A stretch of DNA of 64,000 nt, from contig CAXXYE010000008.1 of NCBI GenBank assembly GCA_963674865.2, positions 480,001 through 544,000 on the forward strand, written 5' to 3'. Shown piece after piece: positions 50,897-61,096 of the stretch. The notes under the pieces were generated by a model. The model was not told the origin of the DNA. It saw nothing but the letters and a program-made list of their open reading frames with translations, and ran no database searches. Position 1 is the first letter of the stretch. Every line of letters begins with the position of its first letter. Source of the DNA: Candidatus Hydrogenedentota bacterium (GTDB taxonomy: Bacteria > Hydrogenedentota > Hydrogenedentia > Hydrogenedentales > SLHB01). The translations under genes were made by a program, and so were the position numbers.

Positions 50897-53800
50897 ATGC
50901 GTTGGCTGACGCCTTTTTTTGTAGTTTCAGCGGCCGTGGGGGCCGTCGCCGCCCCGCCCAGGGAGTTACCGGAGATAGCCGGTAACTTGGAGGGCACATG
51001 GCTCTTCCGCACGGACCCCACGGACATCGGCGAGCAGGAAAGCTGGTTCTCGGAATCGTGCGACCGCTCCGCGTGGCGCGAGTTGCAGGCGCCCGGCTAC
51101 TGGGAGCCGCAGGGCGTCAACGACCCGCGCCCGGGAGAAGAGCCTACGCCCAGAACGGAAGGGCTTCCCTGGACGGATTACGACGGCGTCGCCTGGTACG
51201 CCTCTTCCTTCGTCATCCCGTCATCATGGGCTAGGCAGGATCTGGACCTCTTTCTGGGGAGCGTGGATGACACCGACCGGACGTACTTCAACGGCTTGCT
51301 TGTGGGAGAAACGGGGCCTGAGATGGAGCGCGCCGTGCTTGTGAAGCGGCGCTATACCGTGCCCGCGGGCCTCGTGCGCCCGGGCAAGACGAACACGCTG
51401 GCCATCCGCGTGGAGGATGGCGGCGGGCCCGGCGGCCTGATGGGGCCGCTGCTCTCTCTGCTGCCACACAATAAGGTACTCAGTATGGCCAAGCTATCCC
51501 CGGCGAACCGGCCCCTTGCCGAACGTTTCAAGACCCCGCCCGGCGAGGCGCGCATCCTGAAGATCGTCCATAACGTGCCCGATGCTCCCGAGGAGCAGGA
51601 TGCGCTCCTTCAATCGCTCTTGGCGCAGGGATTCGGCGGCATCGTCACCAACGTGCCGTTCCAGGACTACTTGTCGAGCGAGGTGAAGTGGGCCGCCTTC
51701 ATCCGAACCGTGCAAGAGGCGAAAGAGGCGGGAATGGCGCTCTGGCTCTACGACGAACGCGGCTATCCCTCCGGCCTCGCGGGCGGCCAGGTCATGCAGG
51801 ACCACCCGGAATGGGAGGCCCGCGGGCTCCTGATCGCGGAGACGACGAGCCAGGGCGGCGAAGTAGCTCTCGATGTGCCGCCCGGAGAGCTGGTGTCCGC
51901 CGTGGCCATGCCCATGGCGGCGGGAACGCCCGCGCCTCGACAGGTGATGGATCTGTCCGCCCATGTCCATGACGGGACGTTGTCCTGGGACGCGCCTGAG
52001 GGAACCTGGCATGTCCTGGCCATCACGCAAGACCGGCTCTATGAGGGCACCCACGCGGCCGTCAGCCTGGCGGACAAGTTGCCCTACATCGACCTGATGC
52101 GGCCCGAGCCGACGGCGCGCTTCCTCGATGTCACGCACGACGCGTATGCGGCGCGATTGGGCGCGGACCTCGGCGCGTGGTTCACGGCGACCTTTACCGA
52201 CGAGCCCTCCCTGATGAGCCTGTTCATGCGCGGCCAGCCGTATAGCGTGTTGCCGTGGTCTTCCTGCTTCGCCGAGGAGTTCCGGGCGCGGCGGGGATAC
52301 GATATCGCGCCCTTGCTGCCGGCCATGCTCCTCGATGACGCGCCCGGCGGGATGGCCGTCCGCTACGACTTCTGGCGCACCGTCGGCGAACTGGTATCCG
52401 AGAACTACTTCGGCCAGATTCAGGCCTGGTGCGGCCGCCATAGCATCCGCTCCGGCGGCCATTTGCTGTGCGAGGAATCGCTCCTCGCGCACGTGCCCTT
52501 CTACGGCGACTTCATGCGCTGCGTGCGCAAGTTGGATGCGCCGAGTATGGACTGCCTGACGAGTATCCCCGAGCACGTGCCCTGGTACGTGGCGCGGCTG
52601 ATTGGCAGCGTGGCGGAACTGGAAGAGCGCCCGGTTACCATGTGCGAAACCTCGGATCACGTGCAGCGCTACCGGCCCCCGGGCGATGACAGGCCCGTCC
52701 GCCAAGTGTCCGAGGACGAGATCCGCGGCACGTGCAACCGCCTCATCGCCAACGGCATCACCACCATCACCAGCTATTACTCCTTCGACGGCCTGTCCAC
52801 GGAACAGCTTGTCCGACTGAACGAATGGATCGGGCGCTGCTCCACAATGCTGGCCGGGGGCCATCAAGTCGCCGATATTGCCCTCGTGTATCCCATCGAG
52901 AGTATGTGGACACGTTTCAAGCCATCGCGCCACTGGACGGATGATTGCCCGCAAGAGGCCAGACGCATCGAAAACATCTACCGAGGCGCCGGCGAAGACC
53001 TCTACGCCGCCTGCCGCGATTTCACGTACGTGGACGCGCAGGCCCTGGCGGAGGCAGAGGTCCAAGGCGACGCCCTCGTCCACGGCGCCCTGCGCTGGCG
53101 CGTAGTCATTCTGCCCTGCGTGGACACGCTTCCCATGGCGGCGTGGGACAAGCTCGTCAGTTTCTGGCGCTCCGGTGGCGTCATCGTGGCGCTGGGCGTA
53201 CTCCCGATGAATAGCGAGGACGCGTTCCCCTCGCCCCAGGTGAGGGCCATCGCCCGGGAGATATTCGTCACCTCGGATGCGCCCCACGTCCACACCAACG
53301 ACGCCGGCGGCGCCGGGATATTCTTCCCCTTCGGCTCCGAGGCCCTGTTGCCCGCCGTCATCCAATCGGTGCTCGATCCCGACGTGCGCGTCAGCGACGC
53401 CAACGGGCCGCTTCGCGCCACACATCGCCGTATCGACGGCCACGAAGTCTATTTCGTCATGAACGACGGCAGCGTGCCGTGGGAGGGCCGCATCGGCCTT
53501 GCCGCGACGGGGGACGGCGAGTGCTGGAATCCCGCCGACGGCGCGGTGTCGCAGGTGGATTCCGCGGGCGCTATCCCGCTGCGTCTCGAGCCTTACCGCG
53601 GCCTGTTCTTCCGCTTCCGCCAGGCCCGGCCGCCGCGCCGCCTGGAGGTGAAGGCCGGCGACTTCCCGGGACTCGAATTGAGCGCACCGCCGCACGATGA
53701 GCCGACCATGCTCCACGGGGAGTTTGTCCAGGCCACGCTGACGAGGGGCGAGCCATTCGCGCAGTGGCCCGGCCGGGAGGTCTGGCGGAGTGACGCCGTC

Positions 53801-54190
53801 ATCACCAAGAGCGACACGGACACCTTCCTGTTCGTTGCTTTCGACTATCCCGACGCCATCGACCTGCGCGATGCCGCCTGCATCGCCGTGGCCACCTCGG
53901 TGTCGGAGCCGCAGGACGCATCCACACCTGTGCGCGTGATCCTGCGCGACACCAGCGGCGTCGAATACATCGCCGGCACCGATCGGCCCCTCTCGACGCC
54001 CGGGTGTATGAGGTCCTTCATACCTATGAGCCGGTTCGAGCGGGCCGGATGGAAACAGGAAACGCAAGGCCCCATCGACCTCTCATCCATCGCCACGATC
54101 CGCGTCGGTTGGGGAGGCTACTATGGCGTCGAGCACGAGCACGTAACCTTTGCCCTCTCCTCGCCCGAAAGTGCGCACGCGGCGGAGTAG
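50897..54190 (+). CDS. Secreted multidomain glycoside hydrolase (GH2-N-like beta-sandwich + GH106-like barrel + C-terminal CBM-like domain)
   Basis: Signal peptide; YDGVAWY, LGSVDDTDRTYFNG; WLYDERGYPSG.AGG, FTDEPS, VRYDFW...YF.QI..WC; ATG 50897. Confidence 0.75.
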   Translation: MRWLTPFFVVSAAVGAVAAPPRELPEIAGNLEGTWLFRTDPTDIGEQESWFSESCDRSAWRELQAPGYWEPQGVNDPRPGEEPTPRTEGLPWTDYDGVAWYASSFVIPSSWARQDLDLFLGSVDDTDRTYFNGLLVGETGPEMERAVLVKRRYTVPAGLVRPGKTNTLAIRVEDGGGPGGLMGPLLSLLPHNKVLSMAKLSPANRPLAERFKTPPGEARILKIVHNVPDAPEEQDALLQSLLAQGFGGIVTNVPFQDYLSSEVKWAAFIRTVQEAKEAGMALWLYDERGYPSGLAGGQVMQDHPEWEARGLLIAETTSQGGEVALDVPPGELVSAVAMPMAAGTPAPRQVMDLSAHVHDGTLSWDAPEGTWHVLAITQDRLYEGTHAAVSLADKLPYIDLMRPEPTARFLDVTHDAYAARLGADLGAWFTATFTDEPSLMSLFMRGQPYSVLPWSSCFAEEFRARRGYDIAPLLPAMLLDDAPGGMAVRYDFWRTVGELVSENYFGQIQAWCGRHSIRSGGHLLCEESLLAHVPFYGDFMRCVRKLDAPSMDCLTSIPEHVPWYVARLIGSVAELEERPVTMCETSDHVQRYRPPGDDRPVRQVSEDEIRGTCNRLIANGITTITSYYSFDGLSTEQLVRLNEWIGRCSTMLAGGHQVADIALVYPIESMWTRFKPSRHWTDDCPQEARRIENIYRGAGEDLYAACRDFTYVDAQALAEAEVQGDALVHGALRWRVVILPCVDTLPMAAWDKLVSFWRSGGVIVALGVLPMNSEDAFPSPQVRAIAREIFVTSDAPHVHTNDAGGAGIFFPFGSEALLPAVIQSVLDPDVRVSDANGPLRATHRRIDGHEVYFVMNDGSVPWEGRIGLAATGDGECWNPADGAVSQVDSAGAIPLRLEPYRGLFFRFRQARPPRRLEVKAGDFPGLELSAPPHDEPTMLHGEFVQATLTRGEPFAQWPGREVWRSDAVITKSDTDTFLFVAFDYPDAIDLRDAACIAVATSVSEPQDASTPVRVILRDTSGVEYIAGTDRPLSTPGCMRSFIPMSRFERAGWKQETQGPIDLSSIATIRVGWGGYYGVEHEHVTFALSSPESAHAAE

Positions 54191-54218
54191 ACAGATTCAG
54201 CACCGTACTTGATGGTTT

Positions 54219-54243
54219 GGGAGGGTCGAGCTCCTGCTCGACC
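54219..54243 (+). repeat. REP-like palindrome, copy 1
   Basis: GGGAG-GGTCGAGC-TCCT-GCTCGACC, 8-bp stem, 28 bp after a stop codon. Confidence 0.65.
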
Positions 54244-54471
54244 TTGGACGCGTGGGAATGCATCCCTCCCTTTGGCCAATTCACGGCCGGCGGCGTCTAG
54301 GGGTGCGGCAGGAAAGCCAATAATTGACGACGCTCATCTGTAGATGAAGAAGCGAGAAACGGGGACTGACGCAAGCGAAGTCCGCCTTAGGCGGACGAAG
54401 ACGTGTCTGTCCCTGCTTCTCGCTTGAGGGTAAACTCACAAACGGCAAGATACTCGGCCATGGGAGGCGAA

Positions 54472-57400
54472 ATGGCACCAGACGATTCAGCGCTCATCGA
54501 GCGATGGGTGCGCGATAGAGACGCGGATGCTTTTGCGGAGATCGCCACGCGCTATGCGGGCATGGTGTACGCCGCGTGCCGCCGGACGCTCGGTAACGCC
54601 TCCGAGGCCCAGGACGTGGCGCAGGAGTGCTTCCTGACGCTGGTTCAAACGCGTGTGCCGCCGCAAACCAACCTCGCGGCATGGCTGCACCGCGTGGCCG
54701 TCAACAAGGCGCGCGATCACATGAAACACGGCGCACGGCGGCGCGAGCGGGAGACGCGTTTCGCGCAAGGCCGGCCATCCACGACGGAGGTCGCCTGGAG
54801 CGATCTCGAAGGTTACATCGATGAGGCCATCGCGGAACTTCCCGACGAACTCCGCACACCCATCATCGCCCATTTCCTGGGGGGCGCGACGCACGCCGCC
54901 ATCGCTGAAACCTTGGGGATGTCTCGGCAGACGGTTACGTACCGCCTCGGTAAAGGCGTCGAACTGATCCGGGAATCGCTCCGGAGCCGTGGCGTCCAGG
55001 TTGCGGTAGCCGCGTTGACGACGCTCCTCGCGGCCAATGCGGCCGAGGCCGCGCCAGCGCCGCTGATCGGCGCCATCGGCAAGATGGCGGTGTCAGGCGT
55101 GCGCTCGGCGGTGACGGCAGGACAACCGGTTGGGACGCTTGCAGCGCTCCTTACAGCCAAGAGCGCTGCCGTGGGAGCGGCCATCCTGGTGGTTGCCGTC
55201 GTGGCGTTGATCGCCGTGCGCAAAACGTCCGAGGCGCCGCCGATTCCCTTGGCCGACGCCCCGCCCGTAAGCCAGGCGGTGGATGAGGCATCGACAGAGC
55301 GCGCTTCTCTGGATATTGACGACGGATCCGTCGAAGAGTCCTCGCGCCTTGCCGAAGGCGAAGACGGGGCGGCAGGGCCGTCGTCGGGAGAGCAGGATAA
55401 CTGGCGCGTACTGACGGGGGTGGTGGTCGACGCGTCTGGAAAGCCTATCGTGATCCCGCCTGACACGCAGGGCAATCCCGTCCCTTCGCGCGTGCACGTC
55501 GACTCCAGAGGAAGGAACAAGGGGCGGGGCTATTCGGTGGGCAGCATAACGCGCGGGGACGGCACGTTTGTGATCGACCGCTACGAACCGAACTCCAGCG
55601 GGGTGATATGGGCCTGCGAACAAGAGGCGAATCTTGCCAGCGAGTTCATGCCCTTCGCGCTGACGCCTGAAGGACCTCATCACGTGGTGCTCACCCTCAT
55701 GCCAGGCGCGCGCATCTCGGGCGCCTTTGTGGACGCAGATGGCCTGGCAATCCCGGATGCCGGTGTCTACGCGTCCTCCACGGACGATGCGCAGCGCCGA
55801 TTCAGCGGCGTTGTGGATCAACACGGGCGATTCGAGATCGGCCCGCTGCCGCCGGGAAGCTACATGGTGCGGCCGAGAGATACGCGCGAGGGCGGCATGC
55901 CGCCGGGATACGGGCCTGTGAGTGCGACGGTGGAGTTGCACAGGGGGCAGCATCTCGCGGGCGTGAGGCTCGTCTTTCCGAAGCACCAGGATGTCATTGC
56001 CGGGCGAGTCCTGGACGAGTCGGGCCGGCCCGTTGCCAACGCCGAGGTTTCGGCATCGGCCCAAGCCGGCCCGGGCCACAGCACCGCCTACTCCCTATGG
56101 CACGCATCAGCGGAGACGGCCGGCCGGGGAGCCTTCAAGATCCCCCTGTACGGGCCGGACGCATATAGACTCGACGTGATGGGCCTTTGCCCGGCACGCT
56201 CTGAGCTGCTCGTCGTCGAGGCGGGCGAGCGCGATGTCGAGATCGTGGTGAAGAACTTCGTGCGTCTGCGCGGGCGTGTCGTACATGCCGACAGCGGCGA
56301 GCCGATTGACGAGTTCACCGTATCGCTCACGCCCGCGGGCGCCGATTCGCCCCGGCGTTCCGGCACGTACGCGGACGAGGCCGGCGCGTTCGAGTTGGAC
56401 TACACCGGATCGGGGGACGTTGTGATCGCCGTGCAGGCGCCGGGCCTCGGCTCGACGGAGCAGCGCGTCCGATTGAGAGGCACAAGCGCGGATCTCACGT
56501 TCAGAATCGGCTCCTCCGAGGCTGTTCGCGGCCGGGTGGTGGATGCCAACGGCCGGGGCGTCGCTGGCGCCTACTTCGTTGAGTCCCGTCCGTTTGTCCC
56601 GGACGTGCGCTATGTCGAGCACGAGGCCTTGGGCAAGAGCGGGGACGACGGCGTATTCAGCCTGATGGGCCTGCGCCCTTCCGCGGAAGGCGTCTTCGTG
56701 CTGCACGAGCGCTTCCCCTTCGTTGAGGCCCGCGTCGAGCGCGGAGGCGAGTGGATTATCGTGCTCCCTGAGGGGGCCGCGGTTCAGGGGCGTGTGACTT
56801 TGGGCGGACGGCCTCAGAGTGAGCGGCACGTGACGCTCCACCTGAGCCTTGAAGATGGCGCCCGCGGCCACTTGCATCGCGATACCACCACCGATAGCGA
56901 TGGGCGGTACCGCTTCACGGGCCTTCCGGCGGGCGAGGCCAGTATTCAGGCCACGGCTACGTCGTCATCCGCCGAGTCGGCCCGCACAGGCGAGCGATGT
57001 GTCACGCTATCCGAAGAGCAGACGGCCGTCGTCGATTTCGAGTTTAAGGCGCCGAACGCCGCCTTGTCGGGGCGCGTACTGGTGGGCGGCGAGCCCGCGC
57101 GCGCCCAGGTGAACGTGACGTCGCCAAGTGAGGAGGGCGTCCCCGAAGGCCATCTCGTCAACACGGAATCGGACGGCGTGTTTCATTTCGACGGGCTTCT
57201 GGCCGGGCCGGCCGAGGTGCGGACAAGACTGAGCGGCGCCGTTCCGCGGGATAAGCGGCAGTACATCGAACTCCTCGCGGACAAGGTGACGGAGGCGGAT
57301 GTGCGGTTTGTTCCAGGCACGGCCGCAATGGAAGGCGCGGTCACGCCAAACACCCAGGACTCAGGCAAAGTCACACTGATCGCCGACATTGATACGAGCC

Positions 57401-57921
57401 TTGGGCGTGAGCACATCGACATGTCCGAGCTGCGCGTCACGGATGGTGTGTACTCCCTCGAGGGCCTGCCGGCAGGCCAGGCGGCGATACGCCTGGAGTG
57501 GCGGAGGAAGGACCACTCGCTGTTGGTGCGGATCTATGATGTGAGCCTGCTAGACAATGTCGCGGTGCGCCGGGACATCTCCTTCGAGGGCAGCACCCTC
57601 CATCTGAACGTCACGGGCGCCGCGCCCGACGAGCAGGTGTGGATCTGTGTCTATCCGGGAGATCAAACGCCGCCGGACTACCGAGCCATGACCATCAACG
57701 AGATGGAGCAATACATCGCCGAGCATCCGCCCATCGTCATGTCGGCCGGCGTCGCTGGAATCCTCGACGGCATCGAGGCCGGCGCCTGCACCGTCGTCGT
57801 CATCGCCCCCGGTTCACAGATTCGAGGTGAGGATCACGTGATCCCGGGACTGCGCTACGCCTGGCGCGTGGTCGAGGTTTCCGACGCGGGCGATACGAGC
57901 GTTGATCTGTCCCTGCGCTAG
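54472..57921 (+). CDS. ECF sigma factor fused through a TM helix to carboxypeptidase-regulatory-like beta-sandwich repeats
   Basis: DADAFAEI..RY..MVY..C.R.L...AQDVAQECF, AWLH.VA; region 4 LPDELR...IAETLG; TM; repeated G.V.D..G.P..A and G.F...LP.G motifs; GGAGG RBS. Confidence 0.87.
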   Translation: MAPDDSALIERWVRDRDADAFAEIATRYAGMVYAACRRTLGNASEAQDVAQECFLTLVQTRVPPQTNLAAWLHRVAVNKARDHMKHGARRRERETRFAQGRPSTTEVAWSDLEGYIDEAIAELPDELRTPIIAHFLGGATHAAIAETLGMSRQTVTYRLGKGVELIRESLRSRGVQVAVAALTTLLAANAAEAAPAPLIGAIGKMAVSGVRSAVTAGQPVGTLAALLTAKSAAVGAAILVVAVVALIAVRKTSEAPPIPLADAPPVSQAVDEASTERASLDIDDGSVEESSRLAEGEDGAAGPSSGEQDNWRVLTGVVVDASGKPIVIPPDTQGNPVPSRVHVDSRGRNKGRGYSVGSITRGDGTFVIDRYEPNSSGVIWACEQEANLASEFMPFALTPEGPHHVVLTLMPGARISGAFVDADGLAIPDAGVYASSTDDAQRRFSGVVDQHGRFEIGPLPPGSYMVRPRDTREGGMPPGYGPVSATVELHRGQHLAGVRLVFPKHQDVIAGRVLDESGRPVANAEVSASAQAGPGHSTAYSLWHASAETAGRGAFKIPLYGPDAYRLDVMGLCPARSELLVVEAGERDVEIVVKNFVRLRGRVVHADSGEPIDEFTVSLTPAGADSPRRSGTYADEAGAFELDYTGSGDVVIAVQAPGLGSTEQRVRLRGTSADLTFRIGSSEAVRGRVVDANGRGVAGAYFVESRPFVPDVRYVEHEALGKSGDDGVFSLMGLRPSAEGVFVLHERFPFVEARVERGGEWIIVLPEGAAVQGRVTLGGRPQSERHVTLHLSLEDGARGHLHRDTTTDSDGRYRFTGLPAGEASIQATATSSSAESARTGERCVTLSEEQTAVVDFEFKAPNAALSGRVLVGGEPARAQVNVTSPSEEGVPEGHLVNTESDGVFHFDGLLAGPAEVRTRLSGAVPRDKRQYIELLADKVTEADVRFVPGTAAMEGAVTPNTQDSGKVTLIADIDTSLGREHIDMSELRVTDGVYSLEGLPAGQAAIRLEWRRKDHSLLVRIYDVSLLDNVAVRRDISFEGSTLHLNVTGAAPDEQVWICVYPGDQTPPDYRAMTINEMEQYIAEHPPIVMSAGVAGILDGIEAGACTVVVIAPGSQIRGEDHVIPGLRYAWRVVEVSDAGDTSVDLSLR

Positions 57922-57961
57922 GCGCATCGCTTCACAAGTCCGCTGACGCATTCGATGTCCC

Positions 57962-57986
57962 GGGAGGGTCGCGCTCCCGCGCGACC
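57962..57986 (+). repeat. REP-like palindrome, copy 2
   Basis: GGGAG-GGTCGCGC-TCCC-GCGCGACC, 40 bp after a stop codon. Confidence 0.65.
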
Positions 57987-58235
57987 GGTACCGCAGCGAA
58001 CCTGACGGTGTTTCCAGAAGCTACTACCAAGAAGGTGCATGAACAGCGTTTCTGCCTTCATCCTGGAAGCACGAGCTTGCCATGAGTTGCGTCCTGCTTC
58101 CTAAGGCGCATGGCCTGCTTGTTGGGCGATCACTCCCCGCCTCTCATTTTTACACGTTCCAGGCCGTCCTGACGTTATGTAGGATAGAATCGACGCAAGA
58201 CACGCAGAGCTTGGAACACAATCTGGGAGTATCCG

Positions 58236-58751
58236 GTGGAGATTGCCGAACAGGTATACGAAGAGCTAATCCATCCCATCGAGGATAGGATGATGGCGTG
58301 CGTAGCACGGATCGTCGGGGAGCGTGACGAGGTCGCCGACGTGTTTCAAGATGTGCTTGAGGTGATATGGCGGAAGCTGAAGCATATCCACCGGCACGCC
58401 AATCCCCACGCCTACATCATGCAGGTTTGTGTGAGTCGATCGTACGACGCGCTGCGAAGACGCGCACGACGCCGGGGGCGGGAAGTCCCGTTGGCCACGG
58501 ACACCGCCCAAAGTCCATCGCCAAATCCAAGGGGGCGTTTCGCGCTCAAGGAGCAGGAAGCAGCCGTGCGCAAGGCCATTGCTGAACTCCCTCGGAAGCA
58601 AGGATTGGCGGTGCTGCTGCATCTGGTCGAGGGGGAGCCGTACAAGGAAGTGGCGGGCATCCTCGGATGCAGCGTGTTCTCGGCGCGCTCGCATGTCTCG
58701 AAAGGAAAGGCGCGGTTACGCGTCCTGCTCGATATGAATGCACATCTATGA
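58236..58751 (+). CDS. ECF RNA polymerase sigma factor
   Basis: DVFQDV...IW region 2; LPRKQ..AV.L....G.PYKEVA.ILG.S...RSH.SKGK.RL region 4. Confidence 0.88.
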   Translation: MEIAEQVYEELIHPIEDRMMACVARIVGERDEVADVFQDVLEVIWRKLKHIHRHANPHAYIMQVCVSRSYDALRRRARRRGREVPLATDTAQSPSPNPRGRFALKEQEAAVRKAIAELPRKQGLAVLLHLVEGEPYKEVAGILGCSVFSARSHVSKGKARLRVLLDMNAHL

Positions 58752-58767
58752 GCCAGGGAGATACGGC

Positions 58768-60720
58768 ATGAAGAATGAACACCATGATTCGTGGCAACAC
58801 GAAGAGGTGGAACGAATGGTACGCGATGAATTCCAGAAAGAGGTTCCCGAGGAGGTCACGTCGCGTATGCGCGAAGCGCTCAAGGGATTCCGAATGGACC
58901 TCAGACACCACCCGCACGTCATGCGCCTCAACAGGCGGGGCATTTCGCCAGGGCGAACTTGGGGATTCCCGATCACGCCGCGTGCGGGACTCGCGGCTCT
59001 GGTGGCGCTGTTGGCGCTTGTATGGATTGCCCTGCTCCTCGCCGCAAGCGGCTCGCCGACGTGGGCCCAAGTGGAGGCGACGTTCGAATCAACCGGATCC
59101 TTTCAGGCAACAGTCTATTTCAAGGATGACGCGCTGGCACAACCGGTACAGTTCGAGTTGTGGAAGGGAGACGGCGGGCGAGGCCGAATGCGGGACGGCA
59201 ACCGGGTAGTCTTCGCCGAGAACGGCGCCGTCACCGATGAGTTCGATGTGCTAACGGGCGAGAAGCTCCGCGTTGAGCCGGCCCCCAACAGGCAGGCTAC
59301 GGCCATACTCGCGGCCATGACTTCGTCTGAGGAGTTCTCGCTCAACACCATCATCCAGTGGGCGGGCGGCGATCTCGCCGAAACCACGCCACGCGTCAAC
59401 TCGAGTGCTGCCATCTCGGAGGACTTGGCCGTCTTCGACATCCAATCCGCCCGAACGCCGGAATGGCTTCGGATCTGGACCTTGCGCAAGAGCGGACTGC
59501 CCATTCGCCTCCGTTCCCAAGACCCGCGGGACGGCGAGTGCCTGGAACTCCTGTTTTCGTATTCCGCGGAACAGCCGCCGGAATTCTTCGACCCCGAGGC
59601 ATATGAGCGATTCGTGACAGAGCATCCCCGTTCCGGTCGCTCGACAAGCGCGGACAATGGCTTGGCCTATGCGTTTCTGAGCGATCCGGGCGGCAAGCAG
59701 ATATCGATGTGGCCGCGCCCCGAGGCGAACGCCGCGGAGCTGTTCGCGTTCACCGCGCGCACGTTGGACGGCGAGGCATGGACGCTCGGCGATCAGCGAG
59801 GGAAGACCGTCCTGCTGGCGTTCTGGGGAACGAACTCCTGGGAGCGGCCCTACGAGCAGTGGCTCGACTGGCTCAAGGCGGCGCATGAATCTTACGGAGA
59901 ACGCGCGGATTTCGTGATGGTAGGCGTTGCCTTGGGCGATGATGTGAACGCATTGCGGGCGTTTGCCGATGAGAGCGCCATGGATTTTCCCAATCTCTAC
60001 GTGCCTGGAAGGCCATTCGACAACGCTCTGGTAAAGGCAATGGGCGTGCGCCGGTTGCCTTCCGTGTGGCTGATTCGGAAGGACGGATCCTTCGAGGAGG
60101 TTTGGGACTTCTCCAGTGGCCAACTCGAGGGGGCCGTACAGGACTTCTGCTATGCCGCCGCTACGGACCTGTACTTGCTTCTCTCAAAGAAACAGCGCGA
60201 GGGCGGACTGACGGAGGAGGATGCCCGCGAGATCCTCGGCGAGCCGGCATCGACGGAAGAAGGCGAGGGCGGAACGATCTACCGCTACCGCGCGCCCAAC
60301 GACGCCAACACCAGGGAAGCCTGGATAAGCCTGACCTTCGATGCAGAAGGAACACTGCGCGGTAGTGGTCAGGGCCGCAGCATCATCGACCCCGCCATTG
60401 TGAGCGTCACCATTGGAGAGCAGTTCTGGCGGGAGAGGGTGCTGGCGGAGATTGGCCCAAGCCTGTCGCCGGATGACAATGGCGACTGCATCCTCCAGAT
60501 CACTGCGCGCACCGGTAACACGATGATGCCTTTCTACGGCCCCCAAGGCGAGCAGGAGGCCGTGCCGGGCATACCGTACACCCGGCAGTTGGTGGCCGGC
60601 GTCTATCGGTTCACGGCCGGTGTATACAATACAAGAGAGCATCGCCTCGAACAGGAAGTTGTGCTCCGGGAGGGCATCAAATTGGAGAAGAACCAGAAGC
60701 TGGACATACACGTGGACTGA
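58768..60720 (+). CDS. Putative anti-sigma factor with extracytoplasmic redoxin-like domain
   Basis: Follows the ECF sigma gene; short cytoplasmic N-terminus, TM helix, F...TLDG..WTLGD.RGKTVLLAFWG, LPSVWLI..DG thioredoxin-like segment. Confidence 0.65.
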   Translation: MKNEHHDSWQHEEVERMVRDEFQKEVPEEVTSRMREALKGFRMDLRHHPHVMRLNRRGISPGRTWGFPITPRAGLAALVALLALVWIALLLAASGSPTWAQVEATFESTGSFQATVYFKDDALAQPVQFELWKGDGGRGRMRDGNRVVFAENGAVTDEFDVLTGEKLRVEPAPNRQATAILAAMTSSEEFSLNTIIQWAGGDLAETTPRVNSSAAISEDLAVFDIQSARTPEWLRIWTLRKSGLPIRLRSQDPRDGECLELLFSYSAEQPPEFFDPEAYERFVTEHPRSGRSTSADNGLAYAFLSDPGGKQISMWPRPEANAAELFAFTARTLDGEAWTLGDQRGKTVLLAFWGTNSWERPYEQWLDWLKAAHESYGERADFVMVGVALGDDVNALRAFADESAMDFPNLYVPGRPFDNALVKAMGVRRLPSVWLIRKDGSFEEVWDFSSGQLEGAVQDFCYAAATDLYLLLSKKQREGGLTEEDAREILGEPASTEEGEGGTIYRYRAPNDANTREAWISLTFDAEGTLRGSGQGRSIIDPAIVSVTIGEQFWRERVLAEIGPSLSPDDNGDCILQITARTGNTMMPFYGPQGEQEAVPGIPYTRQLVAGVYRFTAGVYNTREHRLEQEVVLREGIKLEKNQKLDIHVD

Positions 60721-60800
60721 CGGCCCCGATAAGGGTGCTTTGTGCGTGATTCGTGGTGTCTCTTGGACTCATCCGGCGGCCGCCTACGCCGAGCAGGGCG

Positions 60801-60829
60801 TTGACGTCTCCTGGGACAAAGTGTAGTAT
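60801..60829 (+). promoter_or_regulatory. Putative sigma70 promoter, duplicated module copy 1
   Basis: TTGACG-17 nt-TAGTAT. Confidence 0.6.
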
Positions 60830-61096
60830 GGTTGCAGGCGAGCCCGCACGGGAAATCGGGGTGGAGACCACGGTAATTCTCTCTATACGTGCACTCTCAA
60901 TCGTGGTGGAAAAGGGACAAGGAGCTCTGTGGGCGACTATGTCTGCGGCGCGTGTTGCTTCAGGGGAACATACATCACCGATCCTGCTGACAAGGAGAAG
61001 AGTGGGAAGAGCGCAGGCGCTGCCCAGGGGAAGAAGGCGTAGTGACCGCCGAACCAGCGCCTCGACCTGTGCGGCGTCCGGCCATGGAGGAAAGAG

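Noticed and set aside
51494..54067. 857-aa minus-strand ORF and many other long antisense ORFs (e.g. 24396-26126, 47140-48720, 12749-14119)
   Set aside because: They lie opposite well-supported genes and have no recognisable motifs; typical shadow ORFs of high-GC coding DNA.
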